Below are positions 48,496-56,938 of a stretch of DNA of 64,000 bases, one piece after another. The stretch covers positions 5,229-69,228 of the forward strand of contig PLZA01000067.1 of assembly GCA_003153505.1 (NCBI GenBank). The letters are read 5' to 3'. The translations under genes were made by a program, and so were the position numbers. The DNA is from Candidatus Dormiibacterota bacterium. Lineage in GTDB: Bacteria > Chloroflexota > Dormibacteria > Aeolococcales > Aeolococcaceae. Positions within the stretch are counted from its first letter, which is position 1. Every line of letters starts with the position of its first letter. The notes under the pieces were generated by a model. That model saw only the letters and a list, made by a program, of their open reading frames with translations, had not been told where the DNA came from and did no database searches.

Positions 48496-49245
48496 TTATC
48501 GGCTCTCTCCTGCGAGCTTCGAGCGTTCCTCGAGTGCCCTTTTGGCGGCGTCGAGAGCTGCTTCCGCGGGTAGCCAATCCGCCATCGGCCGCGCCTCGCC
48601 ATCTGCGGAGAACCCGACCTCCGAGCTGAGGGTCCGTACCAGCCACTCAGCACGCCTAAGCTTCGTGCGGTCCCGAGTGATGTCGACCCGCCGGGTTGAA
48701 GTCCGGTCGCTGATGTCCTTGAGCAGTTCAACCAACTGGGTGGCGAGATTGGGGAGGATGCGATACGGGTCATCGCGTGGCATGCGAACCAACCAGTACG
48801 ACACCGCTGGCTTATAAGCGGAGCCGCCTAGCAAAACGCTGTGGAACGCAGTCATCAATTTCACACCGGTGGACCAGATGTGCTGCTCCAGGTCCTGCGC
48901 GCGCAGCTGCCAGGCCGCGCTGGCTTTCTGCCAGGCCGCACGGGCTTTACGTGCCTCTGTGAGTTCAGCCCGAACCGCCTCAACCTGCTGATTCATTTCG
49001 ACTCGAACCGCCTCCGCCTTCTGATCCATTTCGACTCGGTGGGCGTGAGCCGTTTCTTGCCGAGCCGCCTCGACCGCCCTAGCGGCCGCAGCGACGCCGT
49101 CAGAGATGAGAGCGCGGAGATAGTCGGAGTGGCTGAGACCGGCTGCATCAGCCTGTTCAAACATCCGCTGAGCCTGCTCGGACGGCAGGCGACAGCTGAC
49201 CGGGGTCGACGTCGGTCTGGAGACATGACCCTCACCCTGTCGCAT
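48496..49245 (-). CDS. Ribbon-helix-helix (CopG/MobC-like) N-terminus plus coiled-coil protein
   Basis: …AGLSHSDYLRALISDG… RHH-like. Central repetitive coiled coil (VEMDQKAEAVRVEMNQQVEAVRAEL) reflected in DNA tandem repeats around 48960-49090. Confidence 0.5.
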   Translation of the reverse strand: MRQGEGHVSRPTSTPVSCRLPSEQAQRMFEQADAAGLSHSDYLRALISDGVAAAARAVEAARQETAHAHRVEMDQKAEAVRVEMNQQVEAVRAELTEARKARAAWQKASAAWQLRAQDLEQHIWSTGVKLMTAFHSVLLGGSAYKPAVSYWLVRMPRDDPYRILPNLATQLVELLKDISDRTSTRRVDITRDRTKLRRAEWLVRTLSSEVGFSADGEARPMADWLPAEAALDAAKRALEERSKLAGESR

Positions 49246-49297
49246 CTACGGAACCACCCACCGACGCCCGGCGCCGTCGACGATCTCGTCGCGGAGG

Positions 49298-49365
49298 CCG
49301 TCTACGGCCTGTCTCCGATCCCGTCCCTCTTCGTCTACGGCCCGTCTACGGAGCCGTCTACACCC
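49298..49365. promoter_or_regulatory. Four direct copies of CCGTCTACGG(A) (iteron/operator-like) just upstream of the RHH gene
   Basis: Copies at 49298, 49332, 49342 and 49355. Confidence 0.5.
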
Positions 49366-50047
49366 TCTCGATCTCCTGCGTGCGGGTTCCGCGGGCAATG
49401 GACTGGGAATTCCCCAATGGGGCTTCGGGACAGCCGCGGGTTGCAGCGTGCCACGTATGCGTGACTCGCACCGCCGTGACGGGCTCTCGAACGCGTCGGC
49501 GCCCGCCGGGAGATTGCGTTGAACAAGGGATGCCTCGAAGCGCCGCCTCTGGGCCTTCGGAGCTGCCTCACCAGGCGCGCGGCTGGATCCGACCGGGAGA
49601 CTCCACCGAGCCGATCGGGCATGGCCACCGTGAAGAGTGCAGTGGACATCGTCGGCTGTCGTGCCAATGCGCGGCCGCAATATGGGGCCGAGGCGCTCCC
49701 CTGTCCCGGCGACCCTGAGCACCCGCCGGTCATCGGTGCCCTCGTCGCTGGAGGTGAGGGCAACATCTGGATCGATCCGCGACGGAGCCGGGCGACACCT
49801 TCGCTGGCTCCTGAAATGCGGTGAGCCTGCGGACGGCGGTGTCGGCTGGAGGGAGTTGAGAGGGGCGACCATCGATGCCACGCCCCAAGTGGCCGCCAGC
49901 ACGCGCGCGATGCACGACCGAGCACGCCCTGCGGTTGAGGCTCGCGAGTCGGGGTGCGCCGGGCAACCAACGTCCCGTCCTCGAAGACCTTCGCGGCCGT
50001 CACGCCGCCGGTCGGTGGCTGAGTCGTCGTGGTCGCGACGGCCTACC

Positions 50048-51289
50048 TCAAGCGAAGAGCCCGTTCAGCGCCTCCGCTGCGCTCCGTTGCATGGTCTCGG
50101 TCACGTGCGAATAGAGGTCCAGGGTGACCGCGACGGTTGCGTGCCCAAGCATCTCACTGGCCACCTTCGGGTGTACGCCGCGGCTCAACATGAGTGTCGC
50201 AGCCGTGTGGCGCAGATCATGGAAGCGGATGTGAGGGAGCGCTGAGCGAAGCAGCAGGGCCTTGAATTGTTCGGTCAGACGCGACGCGTGCAGGTAACCG
50301 CCGATCGCGCTACAGAACACGAGATCGCGGTCCTGCCACACATTCGCGGCGGCAACACGTTCGGCGACCCACGCACTCCGACGCCGACGCAACGCATCGA
50401 GCGCGACCGTGGTGAGTTCGACGCGCCGACGCGATCGACGGGTCTTCGGCTCGGTCGACTCTAAGTGCGACCGCGGCACCCCCGGCTCTCTGGCGAGCCG
50501 CCGCGGCGTGTAGACGCGCACCAGACTCCCGGTCACCGCCAGCGAGCCACCGTCCAGGTCGACGTCGGACCAGCGCAGGGCGAGCAGCTCGCCCTGACGG
50601 AGTCCTGCCGTCACCGCCAGCACGTAGAGCGCCTCCAAGCGGTCACCCGCGACGGCGTCAACAAGTCGCCGGGCCTGCTCGGGCGAAAGGACGGACATGT
50701 CGCGGTGGGTCACTCGCGGCGGGTCGACAAGTCCCGCGATGTTCGTGGGAAGCACACGCCAGCGGACCGCTTGCTCGAGCGCCCGATGCAGGGTCGCGTG
50801 GCTCCGCTTGACCGTCGCTGGACTCAGGCCGCGATCCAGGAGCGCGGCGTACGCACGTTGGACATCTCCGGGGCCGAGCCGCTCCAACCAGAGCCGGCCC
50901 AAATGGGGAATCAGGTGCAGCCTGACCTGTTCCTCGTAGCGGTCCCACGTGCGCGGTTTTAAGGACGGCCGGACACCATCGAGCCAGTCCATGAGGTATG
51001 ACGCAACCGTCTGTCGCCTCGGCAGTGGGGTGAGTCCAGTGCCGCGATTGCGGGTCGCGTCGCGGAGCTTCTGGGCGGCCTCGTGACGGGTCTTCCCGTA
51101 CACCGCTTTCCGGCTCACGTTGCCCGATGCATCGGTGGTCGTGTAGCGGGCCTGCCAGCGCCCATCCGGCAGCGGCCGCGAGCCGACCGTCCCCTCGCCG
51201 GCGGTGCGTTTCCTCATGCCCTCGACGATACGCCGATTGGCATCGATTGGCATCAGCATTGGCATCAGTTGCCCAAAATGGCCCGGCAA
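50048..51289 (-). CDS. Tyrosine-type site-specific recombinase (integrase)
   Basis: …IRFHDLRHTAATLMLSRG…LGHATVAVTLDLYSHV. Lies next to the 3' end of tRNA-Ser(GGA). Confidence 0.9.
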   Translation of the reverse strand: MPGHFGQLMPMLMPIDANRRIVEGMRKRTAGEGTVGSRPLPDGRWQARYTTTDASGNVSRKAVYGKTRHEAAQKLRDATRNRGTGLTPLPRRQTVASYLMDWLDGVRPSLKPRTWDRYEEQVRLHLIPHLGRLWLERLGPGDVQRAYAALLDRGLSPATVKRSHATLHRALEQAVRWRVLPTNIAGLVDPPRVTHRDMSVLSPEQARRLVDAVAGDRLEALYVLAVTAGLRQGELLALRWSDVDLDGGSLAVTGSLVRVYTPRRLAREPGVPRSHLESTEPKTRRSRRRVELTTVALDALRRRRSAWVAERVAAANVWQDRDLVFCSAIGGYLHASRLTEQFKALLLRSALPHIRFHDLRHTAATLMLSRGVHPKVASEMLGHATVAVTLDLYSHVTETMQRSAAEALNGLFA

Positions 51290-51346
51290 GGCCGCGGTGT
51301 TGGGCTCGCAGCCGGACGCGGAATCCCTTATGCTGTATGAGAAATC

Positions 51347-51436
51347 CGGAGCGAGAGGGATTCGAACCCTCGATACCAGTTACCCGGTATACCGCATTTC
51401 CAGTGCGGCGCCCTCGACCAACTAGGCGATCGCTCC
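51347..51436 (-). tRNA. tRNA-Ser (anticodon GGA)
   Basis: Manual fold. Acceptor GGAGCGA/TCGCTCC. Anticodon stem CCGCA/TGCGG with loop CTGGAAA. Long variable arm. T-arm GAGGGTTCGAATCCCTC. Confidence 0.8.
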
Positions 51437-51556
51437 TCCGCGATTGTATCCGCGACCTCCGGCAGGCCCATCAGATCACCGCCGGGCCGTTTTACCCGAG
51501 CCCCCTGCCGGGTATCTAGCATCTGAGCTTCATTCGCCTCAGGGAGAACCTCCGTC

Positions 51557-51712
51557 ATGTGCGTCCTGTTCGCCTTCCTCCTCTTCACCGCCCTGCTGTT
51601 CGGGTTCGGTTTCGCGCTCCACATCCTCTGGTGGATCGCATTCATCTTCTTGATCTTCTGGTTGATCGGCCTGGCCGTCCGCCCTCGCGGTGGTCGCTGG
51701 TACTACTGGTAA
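51557..51712 (+). CDS. 51-aa highly hydrophobic small membrane protein (Lmo0937/DUF5670-like)
   Basis: AGGGAGA RBS, then ATG. MCVLFAFLLFTALLFGFGFALHILWWIAFIFLIFWLIGLAVRPRGGRWYYW. Below the ORF-track size cutoff. Confidence 0.45.
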   Translation: MCVLFAFLLFTALLFGFGFALHILWWIAFIFLIFWLIGLAVRPRGGRWYYW

Positions 51713-51778
51713 CGGGCTGGCCACACCTCGACCCCCCGATCGAGCTGTGCGAGGCTCGCCCCTATACTCGACGCTCCC

Positions 51779-51867
<89 letters not shown>

Positions 51868-51911
51868 ACCAGACGCCTCGTGTACGGCACCGCCGGCAAT
51901 GCCGGTCGAGC

Positions 51912-52493
51912 TCAGACGGACCCGGCGACGGTTTGGGCCGCAGCCCCGACCTGTGAATCCATGTCGGCCCCGGACTTCGTGCCCGAGGTGACATTGATCA
52001 CGACCAGGTAGTTGTCCTTCACGAAGGCATACGTTGCTGAGTTCGTATCAATCTCCTTGATCGCGGCGCTCCCGAGGCCGGACACCGCCTGCGCGGTTCC
52101 CCCGCTCGACGATGCCTGCCCGCTCAGCGCCGCCGCGATCGCCGCTTGCAGGGCCGCTTGGCCGACGAAGCCGGGGAACGGCTCGACAAAGATCACACCA
52201 CCGCCGCCACCAGTGCCCGTCGTATCCGAGTAGATGCAGGTGGTTGCCGTGCACGCCCCGGAGACCGCGGCGACGCTGGCGTCGCCGCTGATGCTCTGGA
52301 CGTCCGACGCGCTCAGCAGCGTGTTCACGGCCGGTGCCGGTTTGCCGGAGTTGGTGGTCAACCCGGGGATGCTCGGCAAGGTCAGGCCGCCGGTCGAAGG
52401 CGTTGGCGTCGAACCGCTCGAGCCGCCGCACCCGGCGATCCCGGCGATGGCGCCCACGGAGAGGGCTCCCATGAGGAGTTGCTTCATCGTCAT
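51912..52493 (-). CDS. Gly/Ser/Thr-rich lipoprotein of unknown function
   Basis: Signal peptide with lipobox (IAGC). Confidence 0.55.
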   Translation of the reverse strand: MTMKQLLMGALSVGAIAGIAGCGGSSGSTPTPSTGGLTLPSIPGLTTNSGKPAPAVNTLLSASDVQSISGDASVAAVSGACTATTCIYSDTTGTGGGGGVIFVEPFPGFVGQAALQAAIAAALSGQASSSGGTAQAVSGLGSAAIKEIDTNSATYAFVKDNYLVVINVTSGTKSGADMDSQVGAAAQTVAGSV

Positions 52494-52682
52494 CGAGATC
52501 CTCGCTGTCGTGTGTCAGCGCTCCCTCCGCGCTGAATCGCCGCAGATGATAGCGGTCGCAAAGAGCCAGTCGATCCGCGTTACCAAGTCGGGAAAACGAC
52601 TTCACCTTGATACAGTCGAAGCAATGACGTTTGCGACCCGCGCGTGCCCCGGACGGTTGCCGTGATCCACGGAGGCGGCTTC

Positions 52683-54698
52683 ATGAGCGGGAAAAGGGAC
52701 AAGCCCTCCGGACGCGTTCCGAATCGCCAGCTCCTCCGCCAAACGACAGGCCTGTTCAAGGCGCACCGGCTCGGGGTGGCGACCATCGCCTTCCTTGTCG
52801 TGATCACCGCCGGCGCGGGCGTGGTCAACCCGGTGCTCATCAAGGTCGTCTTCGACACGGCCCTCTTCCCCACCAAGACGGTCGGCGGCAAGCCCGTCAC
52901 GCTCCCGCCCGTGGTCCCCCTCCTCGAATTGCTGGTCGGGATCATGATCGGAATCACGATCGTCACCGGGGCGATCGGCGTGCTGCAGACCTATGTGACC
53001 AACCGCGTCGGGCAGCGCGTCATGGAGGAGTTGCGCAACCGCCTGTACGAACACCTGCAGGGGATGTCGCTCCGCTTCTTCACGGGGACTCGCACCGGAG
53101 AGATCCAGTCCCGGCTGACCAACGACGTCGGCGGCATCCAGTCGGTCGTCACCGACACCGCGACCTCGCTGCTCTCGAACGTCGTGACGCTGCTCAGCAC
53201 GCTGGTCGCGATGCTGTTCCTCTCCTGGCAGCTGACCGTTCTCTCGCTCGCCATCACGCCGCTGTTCGTCTTCTACACGTACCGCGCCGGCAGGGTGCGC
53301 CGCCAGATCACCATGCAGGCGCAGGAATCCAAGGCTGAGATCAGCGCCATCACCGAGGAGACGCTCTCGGTCTCGGGCATGCTCCTCGCCAAGGTGTTCG
53401 GCCGCGGCCCGGAGGAGGTCACTCGCTTCCGCAAGGAGAACCACCGCCTCGCCAATCTCGCCATCCGCCAGGAGATGATCGGGCGCGCACTCTTCGCGGT
53501 CATCGGCGCCTTCTTCAGCAGCGCACCTGCGCTCGTGTACCTCATCGCCGGCTTCGTTATCTCGTCCAACCACGGGCATCCCTCGCCGATCACCGCGGGC
53601 ACAATCGTGGCGTTCACCACGCTGCAGAGCCGCCTCTTCTTCCCCATCGGCAGCATGCTCTCGGTGTCCATCGAGATCCAGGCGAGTCTCGCGCTCTTCG
53701 AGCGCATCTTCGACTACCTGAAGATGCCCCACGACATCGTCGACCGCCCCGATGCGCGCGTGGTGGCGGCCAACGACATCAAGGGTGACGTCCGCCTCAA
53801 GCAGGTCTTCTTCCGCTACGACCGGGGCAGCTACGGTCCGATGAGCGAGCCGATCGTTCGGCCGGCGGCCGCCCCGATCCCAAATGGTCACGCCCCCGAT
53901 GAGAGCGACCCCGTACCCAATGAGATCCGCCGGGATTGGGCGCTCGAGGACGTCAGCTTTGACGTCAAGCCCGGCCAGCTCGCCGCGATCGTCGGGCCGA
54001 GCGGCGCCGGCAAGACGACCATCTCCTACCTGATCCCACGCCTCTACGACGTCACCAAAGGCGCGGTCCTCCTCGACGGCATCGACGTCCGCGACTACAC
54101 GATCGCGTCGCTGGCCGGCGCGATCAGCATGGTCACCCAGGAGACGTACCTCTTCCATGCCTCGGTGCGCCGCAACCTCACCTACGCCAAGCCAGACGCA
54201 ACCCAGGAGGAGCTGGAAGCCGCGGCACGCGCAGCGTTCATCCACGATCGCATCGTCGCCCTCGACGAGGGCTACGACACCCTGGTCGGCGAGCGCGGCT
54301 ACCGGATGTCCGGCGGGGAGAAGCAACGTCTCGCTATCGCGCGCGTCGTCCTCAAGGCCCCTCGCGTCCTCATCCTCGATGAGGCAACCTCTGCGCTCGA
54401 CACGACGAGCGAGCGGCTGGTTCAGGCGGCGCTCGAACCGCTGCTGACCGGCCGCACGACGATCGCCATCGCCCACCGGCTCTCGACCATCCTCGCCGCC
54501 GACGTGATCTTCGTCATCGATCGCGGCCGTCTCCTCGAGCAGGGCACCCATGCGGAGCTGCTCCGACGCGGCGGGGCGTACGCCAAGGTCTACGAGCAGC
54601 AGTTCCAGGGCGGCCGCGTCGAGGCCGTCTGCGAGGACGGGATGGTGCTGGCAAGCGGCGAAGTCGTCGCCGCCACTCCGGCAGCACCGGCCGCGTAG
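52683..54698 (+). CDS. ABC exporter, fused TMD-NBD (MsbA-like type I)
   Basis: 6-TM ABC_membrane domain. Walker A (GPSGAGKTT), LSGGEKQR, Walker B (ILILDEATSALD). Confidence 0.9.
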   Translation: MSGKRDKPSGRVPNRQLLRQTTGLFKAHRLGVATIAFLVVITAGAGVVNPVLIKVVFDTALFPTKTVGGKPVTLPPVVPLLELLVGIMIGITIVTGAIGVLQTYVTNRVGQRVMEELRNRLYEHLQGMSLRFFTGTRTGEIQSRLTNDVGGIQSVVTDTATSLLSNVVTLLSTLVAMLFLSWQLTVLSLAITPLFVFYTYRAGRVRRQITMQAQESKAEISAITEETLSVSGMLLAKVFGRGPEEVTRFRKENHRLANLAIRQEMIGRALFAVIGAFFSSAPALVYLIAGFVISSNHGHPSPITAGTIVAFTTLQSRLFFPIGSMLSVSIEIQASLALFERIFDYLKMPHDIVDRPDARVVAANDIKGDVRLKQVFFRYDRGSYGPMSEPIVRPAAAPIPNGHAPDESDPVPNEIRRDWALEDVSFDVKPGQLAAIVGPSGAGKTTISYLIPRLYDVTKGAVLLDGIDVRDYTIASLAGAISMVTQETYLFHASVRRNLTYAKPDATQEELEAAARAAFIHDRIVALDEGYDTLVGERGYRMSGGEKQRLAIARVVLKAPRVLILDEATSALDTTSERLVQAALEPLLTGRTTIAIAHRLSTILAADVIFVIDRGRLLEQGTHAELLRRGGAYAKVYEQQFQGGRVEAVCEDGMVLASGEVVAATPAAPAA

Positions 54699-54707
54699 AC
54701 TGCCGGC

Positions 54708-56141
54708 GTGCCGTCACGCTTGGACGCTGTCGTCGTCGGCAGCGGTCCCAACGGCCTCGCCGCGGCAGTCGAGCTGGCACGCAACGGCGCGGAAGTCCTC
54801 GTCCTCGAAGCCGCTGAGACCATCGGCGGGGGCACGCGCACCGCGGAGCTCACCCTGCCCGGTTATCACCACGATGTGTGCTCCGCGGCGCACCCGCTCG
54901 GCATGCTCTCCCCCTACCTCACCACACTCCCGCTCGAGGAGCACGGCCTCAGCTGGATCCAGCCGCCTGCGTCGGTGGCGCATCCACTCGACAGGGACCC
55001 GGCGATGATGCTCCGGAAATCGCTGGACGCCACGGCCGACTCGCTGGGACCGGACGCTCGGGCATATCGCCGGGGCATCAGTCCCCTCCTCGACCACGGA
55101 CGCGACCTCGTCGCGGAGATCCTTGGTCCTGCCCATCTCCCCCGGCACCCACTCCTGCTCGCTCGCTTCGGTGCCCGGGCGCTGATGCCGGCCACCGTGC
55201 TGAGCCGCACCTGGTTGCGCGGGGAGCGCGCGAGAGCGCTGCTGGCGGGCTGCGCGGCTCACGCGATCCTCCCGCTCTCGCGGCCAGTCACTGGCGGAGT
55301 CGGGCTCCTCTTCCTGCTCACCGGGCACCTGGAGACCTGGCCGATCGCCCGGGGAGGATCCGCAGCGATCACCGATGCGCTCGCCTCATATCTTGGCTCG
55401 CTCGGCGGCAGGATCGAGGCGGGAAGGCCGGTCCGAGCGCTGGCCGATCTCCCGCCATCGCGCATCGTGCTGTTCGACACCAGTCCCAACCAGGTCGCCG
55501 CCATCGCGGCGCCCGTGCTGCCAGCCCGGTACGTCCGGCGGCTGCGCAGTTTCCGGTACGGCCCAGGCATCTTCAAGATCGACTGGGCGCTGGATGGCCC
55601 GATCCCGTGGCGCGACCCCGCCTGCCTCGAGTCCGCAACGGTGCACGTCGGGGGCACGCTCGACGAGATCGCGTCGGCGGAGCGCGCGGTCTGGCGGGGC
55701 GAGCATGCTGAGCGGCCATTCATCATCGTGGTGCAGCCGAGCCTTTTCGACCCGTCCCGAGCACCGGAGGGCAGGCACACCGGCTGGGCGTACTGCCACG
55801 TCCCCGGCAGGTCGACACTCGACCGCACCGAGGTGATCGAGCGCCAGGTCGAGCGCTTCGCGCCGGGATTCCGCGACCGGATCCTGGCGCGGCACGTCAT
55901 GAACACCGCAGATCTCGAGGAGTACGACGCGAACTACGTCGGGGGCGCGATCACCGGGGGTGTCACCGACCTCGGCCAGCTCTTCACCCGGCCGGTGGCC
56001 CGCGTGGATCCATACTCCACGCCCAACCCCGACGTCTTCATCTGCTCCGCATCGACGCCTCCCGGCGGCGGGGTGCACGGCATGTGCGGCTACCACGCCG
56101 CTCGGAGCGCGCTGCGGCGCCTGGCCGCGGCGGCTGTGTGA
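54708..56141 (+). CDS. Phytoene-desaturase-family (CrtI-like) NAD(P)/FAD-dependent oxidoreductase
   Basis: DAVVVGSGPNGLAAAVELARNGAEVLVLEA dinucleotide-binding N-terminus. About 480 aa. Confidence 0.8.
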   Translation: MPSRLDAVVVGSGPNGLAAAVELARNGAEVLVLEAAETIGGGTRTAELTLPGYHHDVCSAAHPLGMLSPYLTTLPLEEHGLSWIQPPASVAHPLDRDPAMMLRKSLDATADSLGPDARAYRRGISPLLDHGRDLVAEILGPAHLPRHPLLLARFGARALMPATVLSRTWLRGERARALLAGCAAHAILPLSRPVTGGVGLLFLLTGHLETWPIARGGSAAITDALASYLGSLGGRIEAGRPVRALADLPPSRIVLFDTSPNQVAAIAAPVLPARYVRRLRSFRYGPGIFKIDWALDGPIPWRDPACLESATVHVGGTLDEIASAERAVWRGEHAERPFIIVVQPSLFDPSRAPEGRHTGWAYCHVPGRSTLDRTEVIERQVERFAPGFRDRILARHVMNTADLEEYDANYVGGAITGGVTDLGQLFTRPVARVDPYSTPNPDVFICSASTPPGGGVHGMCGYHAARSALRRLAAAAV

Positions 56142-56151
56142 AGATTGGGCC

Positions 56152-56484
56152 ATGATCCTGGTCGTCTTTCGTTCGCGCAACCGTCCAGACGGTGACCTCG
56201 ACGAGTACTCGCGGCGCAGCAAGCGGCTCCACGAACTCGTGCAGCAGCACCCGGGCTTCATCTCGATCGAGAGCTTCGAGACACCCGACGGTGAGGAGGT
56301 GTCGCTCGAGCTGTTCGAGAACGACGCGTCGGTGAAAGCGTGGCGCGACAACCCCGAGCACCGTGAGACCCAGCGCTGGGCTCGCGAGAAGTTCTACTCC
56401 TGGTACTCGACGCAGGTCAGCGAGGTCATCCGCGAGCACGAGGTCGACCTGATGCAACGGAGCACGGCGACCACAGCTTCCTAA
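56152..56484 (+). CDS. Antibiotic-biosynthesis-monooxygenase (ABM)/Dabb-fold protein
   Basis: MILVVFRSR…FISIESFE…ASVKAWRDNPEHRE. Ferredoxin-like ABM signature. Confidence 0.6.
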   Translation: MILVVFRSRNRPDGDLDEYSRRSKRLHELVQQHPGFISIESFETPDGEEVSLELFENDASVKAWRDNPEHRETQRWAREKFYSWYSTQVSEVIREHEVDLMQRSTATTAS

Positions 56485-56486
56485 GC

Positions 56487-56915
56487 TCAGCGCCGCGCGC
56501 GGAAGAAGCCCTGGAGCAGCGCCGCGGCTTGGTCAGCGCATACGCCGTCGACCACGTCGATCCGGTGGTTGTTGCGCGAGTTGCGGAGCACGTCGTACAC
56601 GCTGCCATCCGCGCCCTTCTTTGGATCGGCGGCTGCATAGACACATGACGTTATGCGCGCCTGCACCATCGCTCCGGCGCACATCGGGCACGGTTCCAAC
56701 GTCGCGTACACGGTCACGCCCTCGAGCCGCCAGCCAGCGATGATGCGCGCCATGCGGCGCAGGACGAGCATCTCCGCATGCGCGGTCGCGTCGCCGCGCC
56801 GCTCCATCGCATTCCCCGCAGCCGCGACGATCGCACCGTCGCGCACCGCGACCGCGCCGACCGGCACCTCCCCACGCGCGCCGGCGGCACGGGCCACCTG
56901 CAGCGCGCGCAGCAT
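56487..56915 (-). CDS. tadA: tRNA adenosine(34) deaminase
   Basis: HAEMLVL…PCPMCAGA zinc-binding CDA motifs. Length about 140 aa. Confidence 0.85.
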   Translation of the reverse strand: MLRALQVARAAGARGEVPVGAVAVRDGAIVAAAGNAMERRGDATAHAEMLVLRRMARIIAGWRLEGVTVYATLEPCPMCAGAMVQARITSCVYAAADPKKGADGSVYDVLRNSRNNHRIDVVDGVCADQAAALLQGFFRARR

Positions 56916-56938
56916 GAAGCGCTCGTGAAGCTCGATCG

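Noticed and set aside
49246-50003. Overlapping 218-aa and 222-aa minus-strand ORFs in the island
   Set aside because: Arg/Pro-rich, mutually overlapping in different frames, no motifs. The region is treated as non-coding or regulatory.
52602-54551. 649-aa minus-strand ORF
   Set aside because: Antisense shadow of the ABC exporter gene. Extreme Arg/Asp/Gly composition.
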